Origin: Methanobacteriaceae archaeon
GTDB lineage: Archaea > Methanobacteriota > Methanobacteria > Methanobacteriales > Methanobacteriaceae
Assembly: GCA_003558085.1 (NCBI GenBank)
Contig: PWMT01000088.1
Location: 1-19,080, forward strand
DNA: 19,080 bases
Reading direction: 5' to 3'
Of the stretch, positions 1 to 9,341 are shown piece by piece. Position numbers and translations under genes: made by a program. How positions within the stretch are numbered: the stretch's first letter is position 1; each line of letters starts with the position of its first letter. The notes under the pieces were generated by a model. The model was not told where the DNA came from. It worked only from the letters and a program-made list of their open reading frames with translations, and made no database searches.

Positions 1-608
1 GCGCCCCCGCCAGCGACGACCAACATCCGGGCCTCGATCTCCGATGTCCCGGTTAGCGTCACAGACGACGGGATCAACGGTGCCTCCCACGCCACCAGCG
101 TGCTGCCGTCGCCCAACTCCTCGATGTCTGTGGCACCGAACACGGATACGGTAAGGGGAGTCGGCACGGCGATGCCCTCATGCACCACAATCGTGCCCGT
201 CGCCAACTCCCCCTCATCCTCAATCACGAGCTCTACAACGTCGCCCGCGTCCTCGATCTCCGCGGAATCGACGAGGTACTCTTTGTTGCTCGATACGTCG
301 ACGGAGAGCTGCGCGCTACCCACCGTCACCGTGATCGGGTCAATCCCCGCGCTTCGTTCTCCATACCAGGCCACGACGATCTGCCGCCCCCAACCAAACG
401 GAAGCGGCGACAACTGTACCGGTATGCGGATCTGCTCGCCAATGAAGGTAACCGTGAGTTTCGTCGAGAATAGCACCCGCCGCGCCCAAGCGAACGCCGT
501 GCGATCTGCGACCAGCAACGCGCGCACGTCGTCGCGTTCGATAAGCCGCCCCTCGCCGCTGCGGACAACGGGGAACTCCGGTCGATCTTCATTGAAAGGA
601 TAGCTCAT
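1..608 (-). CDS. Tail-tip/fibre protein, partial (runs off the left edge), entering a glycine-rich domain
   Basis: Not in the ORF track. My translation from ATG 608 (ATGA overlap with the upstream stop at 605-607) gives MSYPFNEDRPEFPVVRSGEG...EIEARMLVVAGGG, open to the window edge. LVVAGGG is the typical opening of Gly-rich domains in phage tail proteins. Confidence 0.75.
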   Translation of the reverse strand, partial: MSYPFNEDRPEFPVVRSGEGRLIERDDVRALLVADRTAFAWARRVLFSTKLTVTFIGEQIRIPVQLSPLPFGWGRQIVVAWYGERSAGIDPITVTVGSAQLSVDVSSNKEYLVDSAEIEDAGDVVELVIEDEGELATGTIVVHEGIAVPTPLTVSVFGATDIEELGDGSTLVAWEAPLIPSSVTLTGTSEIEARMLVVAGGG

Positions 609-1885
609 CGTTGCACCGCCTCCACAGAGAATGCGTACAGGTGGATGTCGGCCAAGGTCTGAATCAGCAGCGCCGCCTCGATATGGTCTTCGCCTGTCAC
701 GTCCACCTCGACCACCTGCTGGACCAGCGACAACTCCTCCTCATCGCCGCGAAACAGCCCGTCGCGTCCGCCCCACGTCGCCGCTACGCCGTAGTCGAAT
801 GCGTTATCGAACGCCGTGCGCGCGCTGGTAACGCCGATCTCGACCTCGGCGTCGGTGGTCGTGCCGTAGTCAAGAAGCTCCACCGACCACCGCGCGTCCA
901 GTCGACGCGTCCGACGGCGCGAGGATAGCAGCGCGGCCATGCGGACCTCCGCCACCTCGTCATGCACCGGCACGACGGCCTCGCAGAACGGCGAAACCTC
1001 ATTCGGGATGTCCGCGCGAAACCCGGCCAGCCCCTCGCGTCCAAAGCCCGCCGCGCTCACCGAGGGAGCCTGCGCGAACGCTTCGCGCGCAGCGGCAACG
1101 GCGCGAGGGAGTGCATCGGCCAACGGCGGTTGTTCGTGGCGCACGATAAGCCGCGACCGCGGCTCCACCTCGCTCCACCATGACACGCCGCGCACCCCCA
1201 CGACAGGCAACGCAACGCCGTTGATTGGGTGCGCGCCCCCGCCGACCTGTATGCCGCCGTCCGTCACATCCAGCGGCGGCCAGATTACGCCCTCGCCCGC
1301 ACTCGCCGCGCCGATATAGACCGTCTCGCCAAAACCGGGCAAGTCGAACTCCGCAGGGTCGTCCAGGGAGGTGTCAAGTCCAGACGCGCTAGTCTGGTCA
1401 AACACCGCAGGCGGCGGCTGTGAGGCAAGGTCGCCGGGCGCAACCGCCACGTCGGGTAACCCCTCTCGGTCCACCGTCAACCCCCAGTATAGCACCACCC
1501 AGCGACTCCCCCCGGACCCGATCTCGGTAGCGACTTCGAGCTGCGCAAGCCCGTCAACTGTCACCGCGTCGCTCGACACAAGCCGCCCGTCGATACGCGC
1601 CCAGAGGCGAAGGTCCACTTCCGCCGCCGTCACCAGCTCCACCCGCACATGCAGCGCGCCGGGTCGAGCGGGCCGGCGCAGGATAACGGGGAACATCAAC
1701 GGCCCGAGCCCGCCCTCGGTCGTCGGCGGGTACACTGCCAGCAACCGATAGCTACGGCCGCCGCTCGTCGAGTGGTAGCGCAGCACACGCCCGGCGTTGC
1801 GGGAGACGCCATTGCAGATAAACGTAGAGAGCGCCGTGCCGACCTCAACCGACTCATTTGCCCAGGGTTTCCAGATCGCGCTCAT
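605..1885 (-). CDS. Putative minor tail/baseplate protein
   Basis: Long ORF in the operon. The start is placed at ATG 1885 (MSAIWKPW) because it forms an ATGA overlap with the upstream stop at 1882-1884. Function is inferred from position only. Confidence 0.65.
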   Translation of the reverse strand: MSAIWKPWANESVEVGTALSTFICNGVSRNAGRVLRYHSTSGGRSYRLLAVYPPTTEGGLGPLMFPVILRRPARPGALHVRVELVTAAEVDLRLWARIDGRLVSSDAVTVDGLAQLEVATEIGSGGSRWVVLYWGLTVDREGLPDVAVAPGDLASQPPPAVFDQTSASGLDTSLDDPAEFDLPGFGETVYIGAASAGEGVIWPPLDVTDGGIQVGGGAHPINGVALPVVGVRGVSWWSEVEPRSRLIVRHEQPPLADALPRAVAAAREAFAQAPSVSAAGFGREGLAGFRADIPNEVSPFCEAVVPVHDEVAEVRMAALLSSRRRTRRLDARWSVELLDYGTTTDAEVEIGVTSARTAFDNAFDYGVAATWGGRDGLFRGDEEELSLVQQVVEVDVTGEDHIEAALLIQTLADIHLYAFSVEAVQR

Positions 1886-4389
1886 TGCCAACTATCCTCC
1901 CCGACATACGCCGTCGCGCCGACCTCGCCACCGACGATAACAGTATCCCCCTCCTGATACGCCTGCGCGGGGTCCGACGCAAGCCGCAGCGTCGACGCAC
2001 CGGCCTCGGTGAGCAGCGCTTGCAGTATCGTCTCACCGCCGTCGCGCAGCACCAGCACCGGCACTTCCACGAACAACTCAACCAACCGACGAAACCGACG
2101 CAGCGACCCGTCCGACAAAATATCGTCGACTTCGACCGTCACGTCGGCGCCGGATTCGCTCTCCAGCAGCTCCACCGCAGGACCCCATAGCCGCGCCACG
2201 AACTCCGGGTCATAGCCGGTGAGCAGCGCCGTCACGTCCGACGTGCGCCGCTCGGTGCCTTTCGAGACTTGCGTCACCACCCCGCGCACGTCCAACCCCC
2301 GCTCGCCAATGGGGTTCGGCGCGGCCGGGTCGACCAACCGGATTTCATCGCCCGGCGCAAGGCGCGGCGTCTCTCCGTCGTCGCGTACCGAGAACGTCGC
2401 CACGGGTACGTTGCGGCTGTACCTGCGCAACGCAGCATGCCAGTCGCCGATGATCCCCGCGATCACGCCGTCCGGCCCCAGCGCCACGGCGTCGATCTCG
2501 CGCGTAATCTCGACGCCGTTCGGCGTAAAAACGCCGGTCTTCACCCGCACGTTTGCCGAGATCGCCCGGTCGCCTGCATCCAAAGATATCAGCCGCACGC
2601 CCGTCCGTCCACCGACCTCCGTCCGCACGGTGTCACGCAGGATGTCGGTGTCGACAATCACCGGCTCATCCTCCTCGGTGAGCAGCCATCGGACGAGATT
2701 CAGCGACCCGTCCGGCGCAAGGCCAACGCCGAGCGGCCGCGCGCCGATCTGCATCTCCAGTACTTTTTCCACCGTCGCGCCGAGATACGGGAACCGAAGC
2801 GACGCGCGGGCCAAAACAGTCTCCACCCCATCCTGCGACGCGCCAACGGAAGTGCTGATGCATCGCGGTTCCCACAGCATCTCCTCGAATATCTCGTCGG
2901 GAATATCCGTCGCGCCCCGCAGGTCGCGCGGCCAACGGTCCGGCAGATTGCGCGGCGCGAGATGCATGGAGACCGTCATCGGAATCTCGAACGACTCAAA
3001 CTCCGCTCCCTCTTGGACCAGATCTACCGGGTCGATGCCCAGCACTTCCAGCCAGCGGTACCGCTCGGCCAATAACTCCGGCAATTCTTCTTTAGCACCG
3101 CGAAATTCCACCGAGGTCTGCATTTGGTCGCGCGGAGAGCCGTAGTAGTCCAACACCGCCTTGCCCTCACCGTAGGCCATGACCGGCGCAACGCCGGTGT
3201 CGTCGATGGAGGCAAGCTCGTAGATGTACCACCGATCGCCGATTGCGGCGGGCACCTCCAAGTCAAACGCACTCCCGCGCCCGACCAGCGTAAACGGCGG
3301 CACAATGCGTCGCACGACGGGCAACGCCACCCAGCCGTCACTATCCACTGGCGACACAATGACCGCGCCAACCTGGTCGGGCTCCTCAAGCTGCGAGCGC
3401 GGCACCACAACCACCGGCCGCCCCTCCGTCGTCAACCGCTGCGCACTGCTAACGCGTACACCGACGGCCTCGTTGAATGTCGGCACTGGCGGCGTAGGAG
3501 TGGAAGCAAGTCGAACCACCCGCGCACCGTTTTGCGGGCGCAAAGGCCGCGTCAGCTCAGGTATCGTCGCCAGTCCCGCTGCCTGCGGAGCATGCCATTG
3601 CTGCTGGATGTCCGCCCGCGCCTGCGGTTGCGTCTGCACGGTCACCCGCGCGCCAGCGCTATTCACTCGGTCGATCGTCCCGGAATACACCACGACAGGT
3701 GTGCCGCCGTTGCTCGAGCGCCATAGCCGCACCGGCCAGCCCCGGATTTTTCCTGGCTCTCCGTCTGGGTAGACACCCTCCACCCGCACCCATGCGCGGG
3801 CACTTAGCCCAATCGGCGACTCCGCGTATTCAATCGCATCGTCGCGGTAGAATACAGAATCCAGGCCAAATCCGCCGCCCTGCTCGTAAAGGTCTTCGGC
3901 CTGTTGGAACATCAGCGGAAGCGCCCGCACCCGCGCATCGCGCACCCCGCGTGTGATTTCGTACCGACGCAGGCCCGCGCCCGGAACGTCCGGCGCATCC
4001 GGTCCAGTCGGTGTCACGTCGGCACCAACCTCGATAACCTCACTTCCGACGCAATAGACGCCGGGGTCAAGCTCGCCCGAAAACCATGCTTCGGTCGCGC
4101 CTTCTCCGAGATACTCCCCGATCTCGTACAGCATATTGACGCCGTTCACCTGCGCTGGCGCGCCGCGGAGCAACTCCAGCGCCGAGTCCCCGTCGAGCTC
4201 AAACGTAAGCCCAGACGGGCGGCCGATAATATCCAACGCCTCCAACCGCGAGCGTAGCGTCGAGCCGATGGACACAAGCCCTGGCCGATACTCCACGCCC
4301 TCGGCGCCGGGTATCTCGGCGCTCTGATCCGTGCGCCACGCAATTGGGTATCCGCGCAGTTCTAGGATATGGACGTCGCGAGTCCTCAT
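1882..4389 (-). CDS. Putative tail-tip hub/central tail protein (835 aa)
   Basis: Second gene after the tape measure, with ATGA overlaps at both ends. The segments VYSGTIDRV and LAPGDEIRL...VVTQVSK resemble hub-type tail proteins. The call is mainly positional. Confidence 0.65.
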   Translation of the reverse strand: MRTRDVHILELRGYPIAWRTDQSAEIPGAEGVEYRPGLVSIGSTLRSRLEALDIIGRPSGLTFELDGDSALELLRGAPAQVNGVNMLYEIGEYLGEGATEAWFSGELDPGVYCVGSEVIEVGADVTPTGPDAPDVPGAGLRRYEITRGVRDARVRALPLMFQQAEDLYEQGGGFGLDSVFYRDDAIEYAESPIGLSARAWVRVEGVYPDGEPGKIRGWPVRLWRSSNGGTPVVVYSGTIDRVNSAGARVTVQTQPQARADIQQQWHAPQAAGLATIPELTRPLRPQNGARVVRLASTPTPPVPTFNEAVGVRVSSAQRLTTEGRPVVVVPRSQLEEPDQVGAVIVSPVDSDGWVALPVVRRIVPPFTLVGRGSAFDLEVPAAIGDRWYIYELASIDDTGVAPVMAYGEGKAVLDYYGSPRDQMQTSVEFRGAKEELPELLAERYRWLEVLGIDPVDLVQEGAEFESFEIPMTVSMHLAPRNLPDRWPRDLRGATDIPDEIFEEMLWEPRCISTSVGASQDGVETVLARASLRFPYLGATVEKVLEMQIGARPLGVGLAPDGSLNLVRWLLTEEDEPVIVDTDILRDTVRTEVGGRTGVRLISLDAGDRAISANVRVKTGVFTPNGVEITREIDAVALGPDGVIAGIIGDWHAALRRYSRNVPVATFSVRDDGETPRLAPGDEIRLVDPAAPNPIGERGLDVRGVVTQVSKGTERRTSDVTALLTGYDPEFVARLWGPAVELLESESGADVTVEVDDILSDGSLRRFRRLVELFVEVPVLVLRDGGETILQALLTEAGASTLRLASDPAQAYQEGDTVIVGGEVGATAYVGEDSWQ

Positions 4390-5237
4390 GACTCAATGAC
4401 CTCCATATTGAGCTCGACGTCGTACCGGCGACCAGACTGCGCCGCCTGCGTCACATAATCCGACACGGCCGGGTCCTCGTCAACCAGTTGCACCTCCACC
4501 GGCTCGCGCCGGTCGACGGAGAGCACCAGCGGCGCGCCGGTGGAGCCTGCTTCGGCAAGAAACCCGTCGAAGATATTGTTCGTCTCGTCAGTGTCCCGAC
4601 CCGCTTGCTCAGCGAACAACGGGTCCGCCGCTTGCAGACGGTGAATGAACGCGCCGTCTACGTACACCCACCGCACCCGGCGATAGCTGCGCGATCCGAT
4701 CGCGACGTGCGTATTCGCCCCGACGGTGTAGGGGCTCGACGAGACGAGAGTGCGGTATCGATCGTCGGGCTCATCGTTGACGACCCGGTCGCACCCGCCG
4801 TTCCACAGCGCAGCCATGTGCGCGCCGGCGAACGCGAACAGCCACTCCCCCGGCCCTGTATTGACGCCAACAATGGTCGTTGTATCCGATCCCCACTCCC
4901 GCGCGGCGGCAGAGCCCCCAGGGACCGTGATCGTGAACAATGTCATACCCTCCAGCGACGGCACCCCTTCCAGCAGTAGTTCCCAGCCGATGCGCCGGCC
5001 GGGAGTGGTGTAGGTGGCCGATCCGCTTGACGCGCCAACGGCAGTGGCGAAGACTTCGGCAATCTGCTGTTGCGCCGATTCCTCGTGCGCGTCGAGCGTT
5101 CCCTGAGCCGCTGGACGAAACCCGTAACCCACTGTCCCGCCGATCGTCTCAGACTGCGCGGAGCCGCCGTCCGGCGTCCAGTTGAGAGTCAGCGCGGGAA
5201 ACTCGCGTTGCCACGATATGACGCCGTAGGTGCTCAT
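4386..5237 (-). CDS. Putative distal tail (Dit-position) protein (283 aa)
   Basis: Immediately follows the tape measure via an ATGA overlap. The C-terminal RRYDVELNMEV resembles the terminal beta strand of distal tail proteins. Confidence 0.55.
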   Translation of the reverse strand: MSTYGVISWQREFPALTLNWTPDGGSAQSETIGGTVGYGFRPAAQGTLDAHEESAQQQIAEVFATAVGASSGSATYTTPGRRIGWELLLEGVPSLEGMTLFTITVPGGSAAAREWGSDTTTIVGVNTGPGEWLFAFAGAHMAALWNGGCDRVVNDEPDDRYRTLVSSSPYTVGANTHVAIGSRSYRRVRWVYVDGAFIHRLQAADPLFAEQAGRDTDETNNIFDGFLAEAGSTGAPLVLSVDRREPVEVQLVDEDPAVSDYVTQAAQSGRRYDVELNMEVIES

Positions 5238-7114
5238 AAAAATCCCCGCCGGTTGCTATCTTCTACGGCCTCGGCGACCGCCGCCGCAATGCGTTGCGGG
5301 TCCCCAAAACCGTTCTGCTCGATATTGATGTTGACGTCGCGCGGCCTCGGAGCCTCCTGCGTCCCTGCGCCGGGAGCCGTGGTGCCACCCTCCACTCCCC
5401 GCACCGATGCCCCTCCGCGCCGCGCCATGCCCGTGCCAGCCGTCACCATCGCCATCCCCGCCGCAATGCCTGCCGGGTTCGGCGGAAACGCGCTGCGGAG
5501 CACCAGCGCCGTGCCTCGCGCTGCGAGCTCCTGCCCGATGGCCGACAGCGCCGCGCGCAGGCCGCCCTCCTGCGCCGCCGTCACGATGTTGAGCGTTGAC
5601 TGCGCCGCCGCCCTTGCGACTTGCTCCCGTCGCTGCTCAAGCCGCTGTTGCTCCTCGATCCGCATGCGCTCGGCGTCAATGGCGATCTCGGATCGGATCT
5701 GGTGGAACTCGCGCCACCGCTCAAGCCGCGCAGCCAGCCGCTCAATCTCCTCTTCATCCTGCGTGCTGGCGATCTCGGTACGGATGCGCGCAAGCTCACG
5801 CTCGACGTCGACCGACTGCCGAAACCCAGACAGCTCCAACTCCCGCAGCACCTCTTGACGGCGTTGCTCTTCTGACAGCAGCTCCCGCTGCACGTCCTCC
5901 ACCATGCGCAGCGCGCCGACTTGCCTTGCGGCGGCCTCCTGCTCCGCCCGCTCACGCGCAACAATGACCGCCTGGTAGTCGGTGATCCGCTGCTCGATCT
6001 GCTCGCGCTCGGCTTCAGTCTCGGCTTGCGCCAGCGCAATCGACTGCTCCATCGCGAACCGGCGTAGATCGACGATCTCGTCAACGCCTTGCTCGCGCAA
6101 CCGATGCTCTCGGATGCGCAGTTGCTCTTCATCTTCCAACGCACCGAACGCAATCTGCCGGGCCCGCTCGGCGGCGCGCTCATTGTCTTCGGCGAACCGC
6201 TGGCGTTCCCGCGCGCGCTCGGCGGCGGCTCGACGGGCCTCCTCCTCGGCTCGCTCCTGCTCGCGCAACGACCGGCGCTCTCGGTCGCGGGCGTCGTCAA
6301 CATCGCTAGCAACGTCAGCCATGTGCTCTTGCAGTGCAATGTTGCGCTCGAGATCTAAATTGAGCGACATAATGCTTTCGCGAAAGCGTATCGCCATTTG
6401 CGCCTGCGACTCTCCGGCGTCAACCGCTGCGTTCTGGAATACAATAAGCTCTTGGATCGCATCGCGGGTCACTTCGATATCGGTTCCGAGCTCCTCGGCT
6501 GCAACCGCCATTTCCTCCAAGGTCGTCGGCGCGTCCGTACCGCGAAGCTCCTCCCATTCTTCGGCAAACTCCCGCACCCGCCGCTCACTCTCACCAACCG
6601 GATCAATCGTCTCCCGGATAGACTGCGCAAGGTCGCGCGTGCCGGCGATGGCTTCGTCGGTCCTGTCGACGAACGCCTGCAGCCCTTCCTCATGTCGCCG
6701 TGCTGCTTCCCGCGCTCGCTCATGCGCATCGGCAAGGCGCTGCGCTTCCTCCTCTGCTCGGCGCTTGCGCGCCTGGATTAACGTCAGCCCCGCTGCGAGC
6801 GCGGCGAATGCAATCGTCACCGGGCCGAGCGCGCCGGTCAGCGTCCGCACCGCGATCGTGACCAGCCGCGTCTGGGTTGCTCCGAGCCCCATCGCGCGCG
6901 CAACGCCGGTCGATTCCTGCTCGACCGCCGACAACGCGCGGCTTGCGCCCGGCGCGGACTTGCCGACGTCAGCAAAAGTGCGATTCAGGTTCTGGAACGC
7001 CGGTCGACCCGCCTGCGCCGCTTGCGTGGTGGAGTTGATCTCGTCTTTCACGGATCCGATGCCCTCGACCGCTTGTCCGGTTTCGGCCTCGATTGTTGTG
7101 ACGATTCGGCTCAC
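5234..7114 (-). CDS. Tail tape measure protein (626 aa)
   Basis: GTG start overlaps the GT stop (GTGA). The protein is an Ala/Glu/Arg-rich helical coiled coil with hydrophobic Gly/Ala stretches (LGPVTIAFAALAAGLTLI) and a C-terminal VNINI motif. It lies directly after the chaperone genes. Confidence 0.9.
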   Translation of the reverse strand: MSRIVTTIEAETGQAVEGIGSVKDEINSTTQAAQAGRPAFQNLNRTFADVGKSAPGASRALSAVEQESTGVARAMGLGATQTRLVTIAVRTLTGALGPVTIAFAALAAGLTLIQARKRRAEEEAQRLADAHERAREAARRHEEGLQAFVDRTDEAIAGTRDLAQSIRETIDPVGESERRVREFAEEWEELRGTDAPTTLEEMAVAAEELGTDIEVTRDAIQELIVFQNAAVDAGESQAQMAIRFRESIMSLNLDLERNIALQEHMADVASDVDDARDRERRSLREQERAEEEARRAAAERARERQRFAEDNERAAERARQIAFGALEDEEQLRIREHRLREQGVDEIVDLRRFAMEQSIALAQAETEAEREQIEQRITDYQAVIVARERAEQEAAARQVGALRMVEDVQRELLSEEQRRQEVLRELELSGFRQSVDVERELARIRTEIASTQDEEEIERLAARLERWREFHQIRSEIAIDAERMRIEEQQRLEQRREQVARAAAQSTLNIVTAAQEGGLRAALSAIGQELAARGTALVLRSAFPPNPAGIAAGMAMVTAGTGMARRGGASVRGVEGGTTAPGAGTQEAPRPRDVNINIEQNGFGDPQRIAAAVAEAVEDSNRRGFL

Positions 7115-7790
7115 TTTCGTTTCCTCTTGGCCTCTTGCTCGGCGCGCGCCGTTAGCGCCTGCCTGCGAGCATTAGCGATTTCTTGCGAGAGCGTGTATTC
7201 CGCCCAGTCGATGTCATCCAACGTGAGCAGCCCAGCCTCCAGCAGCGACGCGGTCTCCAAGCCATCCCAGTACCAACTTTCGACGTCCGTATCGACCATG
7301 CAGGTGCGTCGGTTTTCCTCCGATTTCGCTCGAAGCGCGGGGTCCGCGATGGGCTTTGTGCATCCTCTGTCTGCTCTGGTCTGGTCGGAGCATTCATGGC
7401 AGCGCAGTCCCTCCGCAGTAGTTATCCACGCCCATAGCTGGACTTTCCCAAGTCATGCCGCTCCTCAATCTTAGACCGAATCGTCATGGACAGCGCACCG
7501 ACGACCGCTCCGCCCATCATGTCAATCCACGCCTCATAGTCCTCACCCTCTGGCGCGGGGATACCGTCGCCCTCGACCTCCACTCGGTCAATGCGTGCAG
7601 CGACGGCGCGAAGCAAAAAGTCGTCGGCGGTGTAGTTGCTGTCCTCACCTTCCGCTTCATCGGCCTTCAAAGCCGTCCGCAGCTTGCGGTTGAAAACCGC
7701 CTCCTCTCGCGCGCTCAACGGCTGGAGCCACACCTTCGCGGAGCCGTCCGCGCCGCGCATCTCAAACTCATGACAGATCAGCAACTTCAT
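7111..7790 (-). CDS. Tail assembly chaperone GT, -1 frameshift fusion (about 226 aa)
   Basis: The -1 frame from G GGA AAG (7449-7443) is open to the stop at 7111 and is in frame with the 7111..7299 ORF: GKVQLWAWITTAEGLRCHEC...AKRKRK. Confidence 0.85.
7422..7790 (-). CDS. Tail assembly chaperone G (122 aa)
   Basis: ATG 7790 shares one base with the tail tube stop (TGATG) and has GGAGG upstream. It is a small acidic protein between tube and tape measure, ending HDLGKSSYGRG. Confidence 0.85.
   Translation of the reverse strand: MKLLICHEFEMRGADGSAKVWLQPLSAREEAVFNRKLRTALKADEAEGEDSNYTADDFLLRAVAARIDRVEVEGDGIPAPEGEDYEAWIDMMGGAVVGALSMTIRSKIEERHDLGKSSYGRG
7443..7466 (-). promoter_or_regulatory. Programmed -1 ribosomal frameshift signal (GGGAAAG with upstream SD-like GAGGAG)
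   Basis: The minus strand reads GAGGAG-cggcatgactt-GGGAAAG. The heptamer is in X XXY YYZ phase with the G frame and is identical to the lambda G-T slippery site. Confidence 0.85.
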
Positions 7791-8815
7791 CAGCTCGCCT
7801 CCACGTCTTCTCGAATGGTGATCTTCCACCGCTTTTCAGCGCCGTCCGACTTCAACCGGAACGTGCGGCCGTCGGTACGGTGCCCCGCTTCATTGCCCGC
7901 ATCTGAGGGCCCGACGTATACCTTCGGCATCGCCAACGTGAAAATCTCGACGTCGTGCTCGGACTGCCCCTCGACCCCGATTTCAAGATCGTCGATGGCC
8001 TCCATCGCTAGAAACTTGTTCCACAGGTCGGTGGCAACACCACCCAGCATCGCGCGGTTGACCTCGAGCTCGGCGGCGGTTGTTCCGAACACAAAAGGCA
8101 GCCCCTGCCCTGCGGCGGCGGTCTGGTCTTCGACCTCCTGCACTTCGAGACCGGTAGTAAGCGTCCACGAGTAGAGCCCGCCGAGCAGATCCGACCCATC
8201 CTCCTCAAATCGTCCATTTCGCGCGGACAGCATCGGCTCCTGCCCGGGATAATCGACGGAAGGCAATGCGCCCGCGGCCTCCTTCGTATCGACGCGACCG
8301 ATAAGCCGGAACGTGAGCATAACGCCGCCACCCGCCGACTCCCCGGCGACCTGCGTCAGCGCGCCGACGCAATCGATCCACCGCTGAAGCAACCCGCCGC
8401 GCTGCACGGTCTCCACGGTCAACGGCACGATATCGCCTGCGCCAAATCCGACGCAAGCGCCGTCGCTCTCCTCGATCTCGAGCTCGCCGGCTGCCAGCGA
8501 TATGTCGCACCCACACGCGCGGCACAGCCGCACCAGCGCATGATCGGTCGTCAGTTCGTTCTCCGCCGCGACGGGGACGGAAACCTGGAACGTCAGCGCC
8601 TCACCGTAGGAGCCAAGAATCGGCTCCTGCGAGCCGGGCAGCGGATTCTCGCCCTCCTCGGTGTCGATCATGCCCTCGCCAATCGCCTCCCACTCCGGGT
8701 CAGCGCGGACAATCAGCCCGTCCGCGGCGACCAGCGTTGCGGCGGTGCCGATCTCGGTTTGTGGCGCAAGGCGGATAACCCCGATTCGTTCCGGTGCTCT
8801 ACATTCGGTTGTCAT
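7790..8815 (-). CDS. Major tail tube protein (341 aa)
   Basis: Lies just upstream of the chaperones. The motifs LCRACG, WIDCVGAL and LTFRLIGR resemble those of Phage_tube_2-type tube proteins. Confidence 0.8.
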   Translation of the reverse strand: MTTECRAPERIGVIRLAPQTEIGTAATLVAADGLIVRADPEWEAIGEGMIDTEEGENPLPGSQEPILGSYGEALTFQVSVPVAAENELTTDHALVRLCRACGCDISLAAGELEIEESDGACVGFGAGDIVPLTVETVQRGGLLQRWIDCVGALTQVAGESAGGGVMLTFRLIGRVDTKEAAGALPSVDYPGQEPMLSARNGRFEEDGSDLLGGLYSWTLTTGLEVQEVEDQTAAAGQGLPFVFGTTAAELEVNRAMLGGVATDLWNKFLAMEAIDDLEIGVEGQSEHDVEIFTLAMPKVYVGPSDAGNEAGHRTDGRTFRLKSDGAEKRWKITIREDVEAS

Positions 8816-8816
8816 G

Positions 8817-9341
8817 TCATACCTCGGTAATCAGAATAGAGGCGTCCTCCAGCACAAGGGCGCCAGTGGATTTGATGCGTGTGCCAACCAGCGTCACAAC
8901 GTCGCCGGCAACGAGCTCGAACACGGTTTGCGTCGTTTCTCCCGCGGGGCGTTCCGCCGACGGAATCGTCACACGCGCTGCGCACAGCTGGCAGCGGTCG
9001 CCATTTTTTGCGAGCGACACGAGCGCAGTGACGTTTGATCCGTCGTCAACGTAACACGGCGCGGTAATCCGATATAGGCGCGGCACCGGGTCGGTGCATA
9101 CGATGTCCTCTCCCTGCAGCTCGAATCCCCGCGCGCGGTTTTGCGGCGAAACCCACGGACTGGGAAGCCGCACGAACTCGCCTGTGTCAGTGATGGCCAC
9201 GCCGTTTTCATTGTCGACGATGCCCGCGAAGAAAAATGAGGTCTCGCGGTTGAGCTCATCCTCGATGGCGGTCATATTGCCGTCGTGCTCGGCAGCCGTC
9301 AGAGGCTCACCTTTGACCAGTCGCTTGATTAGCTCAATCAT
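8817..9341 (-). CDS. Small fibre/spike-like structural protein (174 aa)
   Basis: The N-terminal KRLVKGEPLTAAEHDGN resembles the RxxKGxxLTxxExDxN anchor of phage fibres. The beta-rich C-terminus with LVAGDVVTL is reminiscent of C1q/BclA-like heads. Confidence 0.55.
   Translation of the reverse strand: MIELIKRLVKGEPLTAAEHDGNMTAIEDELNRETSFFFAGIVDNENGVAITDTGEFVRLPSPWVSPQNRARGFELQGEDIVCTDPVPRLYRITAPCYVDDGSNVTALVSLAKNGDRCQLCAARVTIPSAERPAGETTQTVFELVAGDVVTLVGTRIKSTGALVLEDASILITEV

Noticed and set aside
7111-7299. Stand-alone 62 aa gene
   Set aside because: The frame is open upstream to the slippery site, so it is better explained as the C-terminal part of the GT fusion.
7790-8815. Contractile tail sheath (myovirus or tailocin interpretation)
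   Set aside because: Size and motifs fit a tube protein, no sheath or baseplate wedge genes are recognisable, and full head and packaging genes are present.
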